A DNA stretch of 64,000 bases from Malacoraja senta (GCA_038087875.1 CM075991.1:6200001-6264000), one strand, 5' to 3'. Positions 51,805 to 64,000 are shown, counted from the first letter of the stretch. Notes: a model not told the origin generated them from the letters alone. Made by a program: numbers and translations.

Positions 51805-52285
51805 TTGACAGGGTGAAGGCCACGGACGGCAACAGAATCAACAAGCACACCAGGAAGGCTGGCTCCGTCCTGGAGGTAGCGTTGGATTCATTGCAGGTGG
51901 TCTTGGAGGGGAGGCTGCTCCTCAAACTGTGGAGCATCTTGGACAATACAGCTCATCCCCTCCATGACACACTGGTCAACCTGAGGAGCACCTTCAGCAA
52001 CAGACTGGTTCCACCAAGATGCAGCACAGAACGCCACAGGAGATCCTTTTTCCTTGAGGCTAATAACCTGTACAACTCCACCCCCTTCTGTCGTGGGGCA
52101 GACCGACTCCCCCCCCCCCCCCGGGGCCCCCTCCCCCCCTCGCGCCCCCAATCTTTGCACATCCCCAATCGTGGACTTTCTACTCGTCACTTTAATTTCA
52201 TGCTTCATGCATCTGGTTGTGTTTTATGACTGTGGGCAGACCAATTTCCCTCCTGGGATAAAATTAAGTTCTACCGTATCCTATT
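51805..52285 (+). mobile_element. Rex1/Babar-like LINE 3' fragment (same family at ~2598-2812)
   Basis: ILDNTAHPLH...RL..PRCSTERHRRSFF...LYN; tail aatttccctcctgggata. Confidence 0.8.
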
Positions 52286-54487
52286 GACACAGAAGCCTTG
52301 GAAAGGATATGGCAACCTGTCAATGAGACTGTTCCTTGCGTGGATGAGATACTGATGTGAATGCACCCTGTGGCGACCTCAGGCATCGGACCGTGATAAC
52401 CAGCCAACTGTGGTTTTACAACAGATGGAAGCAGAGCCCACTGGGATTCCGTATCACGACATGAGGAACATTATCAAGTGCTGTGCAGATTTTTGCCCTT
52501 GGCACTCGAGGTCCTTCTGCAGAATGAGTCCTTGTTGCGGGATCTAAAGGTTGATGCAACCTTGTGGGATGCAGTGAAGCAGAGTGAGCGACACTCGCCC
52601 CCCCCCCCCCCCCCCCACCTCACAGCTGACCCAGTTAAAATCATTCCTGTAGAAACTGCAAACTCAAGCCACACTAAGTAGACATAGAACAGTGCAGCAC
52701 AAGATCAGGCCCTTCTTTCCACAATATCCCACATTATTCCCTTCATCATGTATCTGTGGATGGCTCGATTGTAATCATGGAATATATTTCCGCTGACTGG
52801 TTAACACGCAACAAAAGCTTTTCATTGTACCTCGGTACATGTGACAATAAACTAAACTAATTAACTAACTAAGACCAACGTCTATCGGTCCGCCCGTAAT
52901 CTATATTCTGCCATTGCCTGCATATCCATGTGCCTATCCAAAAGCCTCTTAAATGCTACTGTTGTATCTGTCTCAACCACCACCAATGGCAGTGCGTTCC
53001 AGGCACTCACCACCCTATGTGTAAAAAATCTTGCTCAGCACATCTCCTTTAAACTTTGCTCCTAAACTTGGTTCTCTCACCTTAAAGATATATGTCTTAA
53101 CCTAAAAGTCTGTTTGGAGTTTGTACGTTCTTCATGTATTCACATGGGTTTCCTGCTCCAGTTTCCTCTCACATCCCAAAGACATGTGGGTTTGCAGATT
53201 AATTGGTTCCTGATAATTGGTGAATTGGTTCCCGATACAATTTTCTTCCATCCAACAAATTTTTCCCGTTAGCTGTCTAGGTTAAAAAGATTGGATGGTT
53301 AATATAGCGGATCGGAGGACCACACAGAAGTCTCAGTTAAAATGATTGATTCAAAGAAAAATCGAGGGGGTTTTCTTCACTGTTGAGGATGCAGGGACTG
53401 AAGCTGTAAGAATAATCTACAGTCACCACTTCAAATGGCAGCAATATCATCACTGAGGCATTGGAGATCCATAGAGACTCAACGAACATCACAAAACTTT
53501 CCTTTCTAGCTGGCTTTCTGTCAACAAAGGTGGTAGTGTGTATGAAATGCACTGCCAGAGGGAGCAGGTACAAAAAGCTGGGTTAACTCAGCAGCTCTGG
53601 AGAAAAGGAATCGGTCTACACATTTCGTTTACTGGAGGAGGTAGTTGAGGCAGGTGCAATCAAACGTTTAAGAAACATTTGGACAGGTACATGGATAGGA
53701 TAGGTTTAAAAGGATATGGGCTAAACACAGGTAGGTTGGAATGGTGTAGATGGGACATGTCAGTCAGTGTGGACAAGTTGGGTCAAAGTGCCTGTTTCCA
53801 TGCTGTACGACTCCATAACTAAGAATTTTGGCAGTCATACTAATCCAAGTCATTTAGAATCACAAAGTTATACCGCACTGATCTTTGGTCCAACTCCTCT
53901 GTGCTGATAGGAGTCAATCCCATTGCCTGCATTTGTCCCATATCCCTCTAAACCTTTCCGATCAACGCACCTGCCCAAGTGACTTTTAATTGTTCAAATT
54001 GTACCTGCCTCCACCACTTCCTCTCGCTGCTAGTTCCATATACCCACCACCCTCTGTGTGAAAAATGTGGCCATCAGTTCCTCTTTAAATCTTTCCCTCT
54101 CAAAAACACAGCATACGCTCAAGTTATAGACTCTCCTATCCTGGGAAAAATGACTGTCATTATTTACCCCAATCCATTTATATCAATAGTAAAAGGTTAT
54201 GGATCCAACACCAATCCCTGTGGCACACCACACATTACATCTTGCCAACCCTCTGATAACCATGGGGTGATACGGTGGCACAGCGGTAAGGTTGCTGCTT
54301 CATAGCGCCAGAGAGCCGGGGTTGATCCTACCCACAGGTGCTGTCTATATAGAGCTTGTACAGTATATTCTCCTTGTGACTGCGTGGGTTTTTTCTGGGT
54401 GGTTCGGTTTCCTCCCACATTCCAAAGAAATGTAGTTTGTAGGTTAGTTGGCTTCTATAAATTGTCCCCAGTGTGTGTAAGATGGTG

Positions 54488-54720
54488 GGTAGACAAAAGT
54501 GCTAAAGAAACTCAGCGGGTGAGGCAGCATCTATGGAGCGAAGGAAACAGGCAACGTTTCGGGCCGAAACCCTTCTTCAGAACGATGGGGGGGGGGGGGG
54601 CAGGGAGAAGAAAGGAAGAGGAGGAGCCCGAGGGCTGAGGGAGAGCTGAGAAGGGGAGGAGACAGCAAGGGCTACCGGAAATCGGAGAAGTCAATGTTTA
54701 TGCCGCTAGGGTGTAAACTA
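54488..54720 (-). mobile_element. Penelope-like element 3' end/pLTR with hammerhead core
   Basis: Minus strand 54719-54672 encodes SLHPSGINIDFSDFR*, resembling a Penelope ORF C-terminus. It is followed by a pyrimidine tract and CTGAAGA-A-GGGT-TTCG-GCCC-GAAAC-GTT (54580-54553). Confidence 0.8.
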
Positions 54721-55422
54721 TCGAAGGTAGACAAAAGTGCTGGAGAAGTGTGTAAGATAGTGTTAGTGTGCGGGGCGCGCTGGTCAGCGCGGAATCGGTG
54801 GGCCGAAAAGCCTGTTTCCGCGCTGTATCTCTAAACTGAACTAAACTAAACTCACGGTAGACAAAAATGCTGGAGAAACTCAGCGAAAGAAATAGGCAAA
54901 GTTTCGGGTCGAGACTCTTCTTCAGACTGTAGGTTAATTGGCTTCTGTTTCCTGGTGGTTGCCAGATTGGTCCAAATACCAATAACTTTTGAAAAAAAAT
55001 TCAATAGCACCATAATTAATCCAGAACAAAAGGTTTGCAAATCTTATTTAGAACACTCCCAAAGAAATATCATCAAAAAACTTTTTTTTTAAATCTGAGT
55101 CAATGCATATTTGAATTTTATAAACTCAGTAACAGATATGGAAATACAAAGGCTACTTTGAATTTTATAAAGCTGCAGAAATGGTTAATACCTAGCCAGA
55201 ACTACGGATGGACATCTCAGGATTTGCCCGTTGAGGTTTCTTTTGTCAAAGGAGTGAATAACCTGTATATCCAAATGTCGGAGATGCCTTTATGTATCTG
55301 AAGTAACCAGCTTCACAACAAATCTTTCTTGACCCGGACACATACTTTGTTAATACACATTAACGATGGCCTGGGTCACCTGAAATTGTTTGCATTCATT
55401 TGCACAGTATAATATGCAGCCA

Positions 55423-55965
55423 ATACCAACTATAAATATGTGGATTTCAAATATGTTCGAAACATTACACCTAGAAGAGATAAGACTCCTAGCAGGTAAA
55501 CCAGATCACTTCCACCTGACGTGGTCTGCATTTATAGAATTATTACAAACATAGGGTGCAAAAGTACTTTAAAAAAAAAAAAAATTGAGGTCAGGTAAGG
55601 GGGGATGATAGTTGAAGAGTTGGTATGTCCTATTTACGTGATGCTCAAAAAAAAACATTTGTTTCTCTTTTTTTCTCTTTCTCTTTTCTTTTCTTAGGGC
55701 CTATTTCTTAACTCTTTTTCTTTTTGTTTTTAATTTCGCTCTTATAGGGTCTTCGTCCTTTTTTGTTGTTACATTTTCTACACTTTTCTACACTTGCACT
55801 TTTTCCTTCACTTTCTTCTTTCTTTCAATCTTTTCCTTTTCTAGTGTAAAAAAATAAATAAAGGGAGTACATTAATTGTAAGAAGATATACATGACGAGT
55901 ATTAATGTATGTGGTTGTAATGTAATGTACTTCTAATAAATAAAAATTAAAAAAAAAAAATAATA
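55423..55965 (+). mobile_element. L1-clade 3' fragment with poly(A) and 14-bp TSD
   Basis: TSD ATAATATGCAGCCA (55409-22 / 55966-79); similar to 50660-51120. Confidence 0.88.
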
Positions 55966-56104
55966 ATAATATGCAGCCACCAGAAAATAGATAGCTTTTT
56001 CCCACATCGAAGAGTACCTCGAGTAAACCTCCCCACAGAATTCTGCCTAAAGTGGGCAGCACGGTGGCGCATATGCCTGATCCTTACTCAGATAGCAGTG
56101 GTAT

Positions 56105-56416
56105 TTAGTTTAGTATCATTTAGAGACACAGCAGGGAAGCAGGCCTCTCAACCCACCGAGGCCAAGTCGACCAGCAATCCTTTTACACCACGCTATCCTA
56201 CACCCTAGGGACAATTTACAATCTTTATGGAAGCCAATTGAGCTACAATCCTGAACGTCTTTGAAGTATGGGAGGAAAAAAGGAGCATCCAGGGAAAACC
56301 AAAGCAGTCACGGGTAGAACGTACAAACTTCGCCCATACAGCAGTGTAGGCAGGATCGAACCCGGGTCTCTGGCGCTGAAAGGCAGCAATTCTACCGTTG
56401 CATCACTGTGCTGCCG
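56105..56416 (-). mobile_element. HE1/V-SINE
   Basis: Reverse-complement SINE with B box and tail. Confidence 0.85.
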
Positions 56417-56557
56417 TCTTACCTTTCATGATGAAAAGTCCTTATAACACATTCCCTTTCTATAATTTGTTCCATGGAGGGCAACCTTACCTCCCTGATG
56501 TGTTCAGAGGAGTACAATCCTTCCTTGAATCATTTTTGGTAGATACTCCAGAGTAGA

Positions 56558-56980
56558 CGCTCTGGAGTTTAGAAGGATGAGAGGCCATCTCATTGAAACA
56601 TTATAAGATTGTTAAGGGCTTGGACACGCTAGAAGCTAGAAGCAGGAAACATGTTCCCGATGTTGGGGGAGTCAGAACCAGGGGCCACAGTTTAAGAATA
56701 AGGAGTAAGCCATTTAGAACGGACACGAGGAAACACTTTTTCTCACAGAGAGTGGCGAGTCGGTGGAATTCTCTGCCTCAGAGGGCGGTGGAGGCAGGTT
56801 CTCTGGATACCTTCAAGAGAGAGCCAGATAGGGCTCTTAAAAATAGCGGAGTCAGGGGATATGGGGAGAAGGCAGGAACGGGGTACTGATTGGGGATGAT
56901 CAGCCATGATCACATTGAATGGCGGTGCTGGCTCGAAGGGCTGAATGGCCTACTCCTGCACCTATGGTCTATTGTCTATA
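56558..56980 (+). mobile_element. CR1 LINE 3' fragment
   Basis: RTRGHSLRIR...HFFSQRV...WNSLPQ; conserved 3' UTR. Confidence 0.92.
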
Positions 56981-57488
56981 ACTTCCACACCCTCTGCAAG
57001 ACCTTAACATCTCTCCTAACGTATGGCATTGAGAACCGTTGTGGCTAAATCAATGATTGTGCAAAGGAGCTGAGGTTCTGCAACTCATTTGGAAAATGAT
57101 CAGACGTAGCCTCCATTTATTTCTCTCTCTCTCTCTCTCTCCCTCTCTGGATGCTATCTCAATCAATGGATACGGTTGATGTAGGAAAGGGGTGCTGAGA
57201 TTCATGTTGATCCATGATCATATTAAATGGAGTAGCATGCATGAGCAGCCAAATAATTTATCTTGCTCTAATTTCTTATGTTCCCTCTTTCTCCCCTCTC
57301 AGTCCCCCTTGCTCTTTCTCACTCTCCCCTCTCCCACTCCCCCAAGTTATCTCATTCACTCTCACAGCCACCACTCTCCCTTTCCCTCCCTGCGCCTCTC
57401 TTCTATTCCCACTCCGTCACCCGGCTTTTTCTCTCTTACTTGGAAGCAAAGAACTGCAACTGCTGGTTAATACACAAAAGGACACAAC

Positions 57489-58500
57489 ATCATAATCATA
57501 ATAATCATAATCGTAATTTATTAGCCAAGTATGTTTTGCAACATACGAGAAATTTGGTTTGCCATACAGTCATAACAAAAAAGCAACAAGACACACAATT
57601 GACATAAACATCCACCACAGCGGCTCCTCCACATTCCCCACTGTAGGTAGGCCCCCCCCCCCCCTCGGTCATGACTGACCATGGGTGATGCATCCTAGTT
57701 TGCAGGTGATGTGTGGTCGGGTGCAAGCCTGGGCGATGTCATATGGAGGACAGGCTGTTGCCCATGCAGCACATCCCCCCTCTCCACGTCGCTGATCGAT
57801 CCAAAGGAACAGCAGCGCCGTCGCAGGAGCTGCCAGAGCGAGGTTGTAGACAACGACGAACTGCCTTACGGGCTCCAACTCCAGATTTTTCTTGTGGTTT
57901 ACTCCAGGAGCCTTTTCCATGACTGGATATGGCCACAAGGCAGTGGAGGTTATAAATCAGAGTTTTCCCTCTCCTAGATGGACCACCTTCCCAGGCTGAC
58001 GAGCCCCACTGTGATGGAAGGCAATAAAGTCTTATCTTCTTTCCTCCTTTCCTCCCCGCGGTCGGGGGAGTCGAACCATCCACAGCCGGTGATCGAGCTC
58101 CCTCGTCGGGGTGGTCTAAGCTCCCCCATCAGGGCAGTCGAAACTCCTGCGGGTTGTAGTTCCCGAAATCGGTCCCTAACCAGGGACAGCGAGCTTCACG
58201 ATGTTAAAGTCCGCAGCTCCCGCAGGTTGGAGCACCAAAGGGATTGCCTGCTCCGAGATGTTAAAGTCCGCAGGCTCGGCGGTTTGGAACTCTGGAAGTC
58301 CCAGCTAGAGGCCGCCAACTCCACGATGTTCGGCTGCAGTGCAGACGGAGATACGACACGGAAAAATTCCCATCTCCGCCGAGGAAAGTGATAAGAAAAG
58401 TTTCCACCACACCCTACATAATACAAAACTAAAGATAAACTAAAACATACATTTTACAACAAAACTAAAAACACAAAGAAGGAAAAGATGAAGACAGACC
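57489..58500 (-). mobile_element. GC-rich non-autonomous retroelement variant carrying an RTE-derived insert
   Basis: (CATAAT)n tail, ttccccactgtgatggaaggc block and gatgttaaagtc blocks shared with 7595-8428. Confidence 0.6.
57645..58003 (-). mobile_element. Bipartite RTE-derived non-autonomous element
   Basis: TSD CCCCACTGT (57636-44 / 58004-12). RTE-like 5' UTR (ggagagggaaaactctgattt..acctccactgccttg); the 3' ~45 nt match the RTE end at 60795-60840. Confidence 0.8.
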
Positions 58501-58630
58501 GTGGTATATCAGGAAAAGGTCCACACATCTCGTCTGCCAGAGGAGGTAATTGAGGCAGGTACTATCCTACATTTAAGAAACATTTAGACAGGTACATGGA
58601 TAGGATAGGATTAGAGGGATATAGGATTAA

Positions 58631-58810
58631 TGGGTCTGCCCAACTTGGGCATCATTTGCGCGTCACGCAGATGGCGCGCGAAGATTTTGTACATCCGAAA
58701 ATCCTGGGGCACCGCGTGCGACCGCTCGTCACTGCCTACGTCACCACGCACCATGCGCGCGTCGTGACGCGTAAATTACGCGCAGATGACGCCCAAGTGG
58801 GACAGGCCCT
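58631..58810. mobile_element. Harbinger-type MITE (180 bp) in a CR1 tail
   Basis: Imperfect TIRs ..gggtctgcccaacttgggc / gcccaagtgggacaggccct; flanks TAA / TCA. Confidence 0.82.
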
Positions 58811-60219
58811 TCAACCACATACAGTGTAGATGGGACGTCAGTAAGCAAATTGGGTTAAAGGGCCTGTTTCCAAGTTGTACGACTCTGTAGCTCTACAAAT
58901 TTTAGCAGTCATAATGAACAACTTAGAATTTGCCTGTTGGGGTTTCTGTGGTCATAGGAGTGAATAACCTGTATATCCCAATGTCGGAGATGCCTTTATG
59001 TGTCTGAAGTAATCGACTTTCTTTCGGGACCCGGACAGAAATGAGCACCCACGCAGTCACAGGGAGAACGTACAGACTCCGCACAGACAGCACCCGTAGT
59101 GAGGATCGAACCCGGGTTTCTGGCACAGGCAGCAACTCTAACGCTGCACCACCGTGCCGCCCCCTTTAGGCAGAATTCTAAGGTGCTCTTCAATGTGGGG
59201 AAAAAACAATTCGTTATCATTATATTATATCGCTGCATATTATACTGTGCGGCTGAAATGAATATGAACGATTTCAGATGACCCAGTCCATCGTTAGTAA
59301 AATAGAACATAGTACACACATCACAGGAACAGGCCCTTCAGCCCACAATGTTTGTGCAGAGCATGATGCAAGTCCAACTGATCTCCTCTGCCTGCATGTG
59401 AACCATATCTCTCTATTCCCTGCACCTCCATGTCCCTAAAAGCCTCTTACACTGCACTATCGTATCTGCTTCCACCAATGAAATTCTTACTTACAGTTGC
59501 ATGACAGGTATGTAAACATGTTCTAGGAAAGAACTGCAAATGCTGGTTTAAACCTGCGATAGACACAAAAAGCTGGAGTAACTCAGTGGGACAGGCAGCA
59601 TCTCTGGACAGAAGGAATGGGTGACGTTTTGGGTTGAGATCCTTGTTCTATGTACACATTGTACTCAGTCAATACCATATGTTACTCAGATTAGATTTTT
59701 TTTTTTTTAAATTCCAGATTTAGTTATTAGTTAAATTTCAATTCCCAGCTGCCAGGGTGGAATGTGCACACATATCTCTGTATGCTCCACCGAAAACATT
59801 CCGTGCCAGTCCAGTGCCTTTATCACGGTGAAACCACATACCAGATAAGTTGTTTCCAACAAGGTACATAACTCAGGCTCGTCATTCTTTGGTAAGACTT
59901 AGCCAAAAATAAAAGTTGATGTGTCTTGGGATACGATGCTAGGAGCCTCTTAACCAACAGAGATTCAAGTCCAGTCAAATAAGGACCGCTGCTTTACTGT
60001 TCCACTCAGCTGGGGCACTGGAATATCAACTGATCATTCCTTGACATTCCTTCACAGACAGCCTGTGTAGATGGAATAAATACTGGTTAGGAAACCTATG
60101 TGAACACTCAGAGGCTCAGCTTCTACCTGGTGAGACGCAGGAGGAGCCCAGCCAGGACTCACTCCACAGAGCCCAGTCCCTCCACACACTAGAGTCCTCC
60201 AACCCCTGCAGAGTAGATA

Positions 60220-60395
60220 TTAAGATGGCTGATCCGTGGGCGGTTGCTGCTGGGACGCAAGTCGGGGCCTGATCAACCCCGGCTGGGTCGCCTGGGCGAG
60301 GGGTGTCTGATGTTGTGAGACCCGAAACACCCGATGACCGCAGGTCACATCACCGAGGATGCGTCCCAGCGCATCTAGAAGATGCATATTTTTCA
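60220..60395 (-). mobile_element. Possible Vingi/ingi-like LINE 5'-UTR fragment
   Basis: Recalled similarity of catcctcggtgatgtgacctgcggtcatcgggtgtttcgggtct...; not verified. Confidence 0.3.
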
Positions 60396-60791
60396 CACTG
60401 TTTGTTGTTAGGCGACTTGGCGGCAACATCCATGACCAATTTACAGGTTAGTAAAGGGCAGCACGGTGATGCAACGGTAGAGTCACTGCCTGACAACGCC
60501 AAAGACCCGGGTTCGATCGTGCCTGTACAGAGTTTGTACATTGATTCTCCCTGTGACTGCCTGGGTTTTCCTTGAGCCTTCTCCCCAGAACCCCCGACAC
60601 CCGTGAAGACCGTGAGGTCAGTACCCATGTTCTCCAGGAATCAAAATGTAAATTCTGAAATTTATTAAAGATGGTGCTTTGCCAGTGACATAAAATTAAT
60701 TCAAAAAAACAATTATTTCCTCCTTTGGGTGTGAAGTGAAAAATTTCAAGCCTTCAAGTAAGATATGATGGAGTTGATATCTGCTGCCATC

Positions 60792-61741
60792 CCGTAGGCC
60801 CCCCTCGGTCATGACTGACCATGGGTGATGCATCCTAGTTGTAGGCTGCTTGCTCCAAACCTCGGCTGGAGCAGCGTCGCTTGTGGCTGAAGAGACCAAT
60901 GCAGGCGTGACAGTCTCTGTGGCAAAGGTCACATTTGTGTGTGTGGTCTCTGGTTTGTTGAAGTTGCTGCGCCCCTTTCTGCCCGCCCGCTCGTCTGCCG
61001 CTGCGTTCAACAGTTTCTCTTCCCCCGTTTTGAGATGTTGGTTCAGGGTACCTCTACACCTCATGCGGTCAGCTGCAAGGCTCTCCCAGGACTCCACGTC
61101 GATGTCGAGCGCCTTCATATCTCTCTTGCAGACATCCTTGTAACGTAGCTGGGGGGCGGCTGATGGTTCTCCTCCCAGATGTCAGCTCTCCATAAGAGGA
61201 TGTCTTGTGGAATACGACCGTCCTCCATGCGGTGGACATGGCCCAGCCACCGCAGTCTGCACTGCCTGAGTAGAGTGTACATACTGGGAAGGCCAGCACG
61301 AGACAGGATCTTGGCGTTGGACACTCTGTCTTGCCAGGATACGGCAGATGCTTCTCAGGTGGAAGGTGTCGAGTCTTCTCTCCTGGTTAAGAAGGAACTG
61401 CAGATGCTGGAAAATTGAAGGTAGACAAAAGTGCTGGAGAAACTTAGTGGGTGCAGCTGCATCTATGGAGCGAAGGAAATAGGCAACGTTTAGGGCCGAA
61501 ACGTTGCCTGAGTCTTCTCTCCTGCCTGGCATATGTAGTCCATGTCACACTGCCATATTGCAGCATGCTGATGACACAGGCGTTGTAGACTGCTATCTTT
61601 GTCATCACTATCAGCTTTGGGTTGGTCCACATTCGAGTTGTGAGGCGAGCGAGAGTTGTAGCTGCCTTCTCGATCCTCTTATCAATCTCTGAGTCCAAGG
61701 AGAGGTTGTCGGTGATGGTGGAGCCGAGATATGATATGATA
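60792..61741 (-). mobile_element. RTE-clade LINE 3' portion with 38-bp TSD; Penelope-derived insert at 61386-61509
   Basis: RLRWLGHVHRMEDGRIP, KIAVYNACVIS.L.YG. TSD 60754-91 / 61742-79 (3 mismatches). The insert is flanked by a perfect 15-bp GAGTCTTCTCTCCTG. Confidence 0.92.
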
Positions 61742-62334
61742 TCAAGTAAGATATGATGGTGTTAACATCTGCTGCCATCATGTGGTCAGAAAATGTATTG
61801 CTGGAAGATTCAGGCCCTTCCACAACACTGCACAACCAACACAACTTTACAATGAAACCAGGAGTGTAGCCAGTGCTATTTAAGTTATTGTGCCAGCAAT
61901 CATGTTTGCTTTTATTTCTATGTAATTGAGTTTTAAAACAATCTTTGTAACTTAAATATATAATTATATGAATAATTTGATAAAATTATGTAGTTCAACT
62001 AAATTACTAATTAAAAAAAACTAACACTGAATATAGCATTTAATACAGTTCTTTAAGTAGGTTTTTACACATGCACAATGTGGAAGTTTACTAGATTTCA
62101 ATGTTGAAGTGATTTAGATTACACTGTATTTCTTTATTTTGAATCCGATGTAAAGATGCAAAGATTAGAAAAGAGGCAGGTGGGACTAGTGTAGATGGGA
62201 CATGTTGGTCGTCGTGGGCAAGTTGGGCCGAAGGGCCCGTTTCCATGCTGTATGACTCTATTATTTTTTATCTCCATCTCTGGAGCATTCAACAGATTGC
62301 TGACCATGGGAAAAGCGTTAAGTTTGAAGAGGAA

Positions 62335-62663
62335 TAGCCCTGTCCCACGGTGCGAGTTCATTCAAGTGCTCTCCCGAGTTTTAAAAAAATCAAACTCGTG
62401 GTAAGCACAGAGAATGAACGTAGCGGGTACGTCGGAGCTCGGGGACGTCTCTTACCAGCTCGTACCGCTAACAGCAGGTACTCGGGAAGACTCGCTAAAG
62501 GCAGGTAAGCACGGGAAGACTCGTGAAGATTTTTCAACACGTTGAAAAATGTCCATGAGAGCCCCGAGTACCGACGAGTGGCCATTACCGTAAATCTCCG
62601 AGTTCGAATCAGGGCAAACTCGGGAGAACTCTTGGAATGAACTCGCACCGTGGGACAGGGCTT
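62335..62663. mobile_element. Harbinger-type MITE (329 bp)
   Basis: ~47-bp imperfect TIRs agccctgtcccacggtgcgagttcattc...; flanks GAA / TTA. Confidence 0.85.
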
Positions 62664-63170
62664 TTAGGCCAACAAAACCGTTGGTGATTTCGGCTTGTGC
62701 CTTGTTAATGCTCACAGCAAAACTAAGTTGAGCAGGTAACTTAAGTCACTTGAATTGAAAAGGTCGATCAGGTTTAAGTTTACTATTATTATTACCTTCG
62801 TGTGTACTGAGGTACGGTGCAAAGCTTTGTTTTGCACGCTTTCCAATCAAATTAAATAATACTTTACGTAAATACAATCAGGCCAAACTCAAGTACAATA
62901 CGCAGAACAAAGAGAAAGATACAGAGTGCAGAATATAGTTCCATAAATAATGCTGGATTTACAGCTGGAAAGCAGATTTAAAAGGGTGATTGTATTAGAT
63001 GGTCGTACATCTTCCTCTGGGACCAACATGCAAAGAGTCGGCAACCATTTGTAATTCAAATGGTGTTGAGAAAACAGCTTGCATTAATTAGGTCATGAAG
63101 TGATGTAACAATTTGGCCCAGGTTTTTCATCAAAATAATTCTGTTGAGTCATTATGTATAATTTCCCCAT

Positions 63171-64000
63171 AAAAAAAAAAAAAAAATTAAATATTTTAAT
63201 TTTATTAGAAGTACAATTGTATACAATCATATTTTCAGAATACATTTTATGTACAGCTTCATCTTTTTTTAAATTATAATAAAGAATAAGAAAAATAAAT
63301 TAGATAATAAAGTATAGAAAAACGTGAGATATATAGTGTGTGAAGAAGAAAAGAGAATGAAAGAAGAAAGTTAAAGAGTAGAAAATAGGAAAAAGAGTAA
63401 AAAAAAAAAAAAAAAAAGAAGTAAGGAGAACATTATTTATAATCTTGACCATCCCTCGCCCAGTCCCGAGACAGTTAGCTTTTACAATTGTGTTGCACCA
63501 TATGATTCCAAAAAGACGACAAATGGAGACCAACTCGTTATGAATTGGTCAGATTTATCTATTAGGAGGAATTGCATTTCCTCAAGTTGTGTGGTGTCCA
63601 ACATGCTTGCAATCCACATTTTGAGCGTTGGTATTGGTGTATTTTTCCAAAATTTAAGTATTAATTTTTTTGCAATTATTAAACCATAATTAAAAAATAA
63701 ATCTTGAGATGAATTCAATTTATTCCCATCTTCCATTACTCCAAATATAATCAATTCATTATTAGGTTCCATTCTTATCTTAAGTAATTTTGTAAATATT
63801 TCAAAAATATCACTCCAGAATCTATAAAGTTTTATGCAGGAAACAAAAGAGTGTGTTATAGTTGCGTTTTGGGTTAAACACTTATCGCAAATGGGGGATA
63901 TATTTGGATAGAATTTATTCAATCTTGTTTTTGAATAATATAATCTATGTAAAATTTTAAATTGAATTAGATTATGTCTTGCATTAATCGAACATTTGTG
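63171..64000 (-). mobile_element. L1-clade LINE 3' portion (runs off window)
   Basis: ORF 63482-63922 CDKC...HSFVSC...IAKKLILKFWK, same family as 46985-51146. Confidence 0.92.

Overview
Repeat-dense vertebrate DNA, almost certainly from a cartilaginous fish (skate/ray/shark), judged by HE1-type V-SINEs, HER1/CR1 LINEs, Rex1/Babar, RTE and Penelope-derived elements. The only host gene I recognise is slc23a2 (SVCT2, sodium-dependent vitamin C transporter) on the minus strand. Its first coding exon (36 codons, missed by the ORF track) appears twice, at 2882-3171 and 14504-14793, because 1-21369 is a near-identical ~9.38 kb tandem repeat. That repeat is interrupted by a 200-N gap with a ~2 kb redundant overlap, so the true copy number is uncertain. 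The rest of the window is upstream/5'-intronic sequence. Its centrepiece is a nested transposon stack at ~37.0-51.4 kb. A SINE is split by a structurally complete DIRS tyrosine-recombinase retrotransposon (ITRs, ICR, ATT crossover core, gag, RT-RNaseH-MT, intact YR). The DIRS RT is interrupted by a PIF/Harbinger transposon carrying a truncated transposase and an intact six-exon MADF-type gene, and the DIRS 3' region carries an L1-clade LINE that itself contains an L2. Also present: Harbinger-type MITEs, Penelope-derived palindromic elements with hammerhead-ribozyme cores, bipartite RTE derivatives, an ~820 bp GC-rich non-autonomous retroelement family, and an old local duplication with an inversion. 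Family names come from motif recognition and memory, not database searches. Most boundaries without TSDs are approximate.
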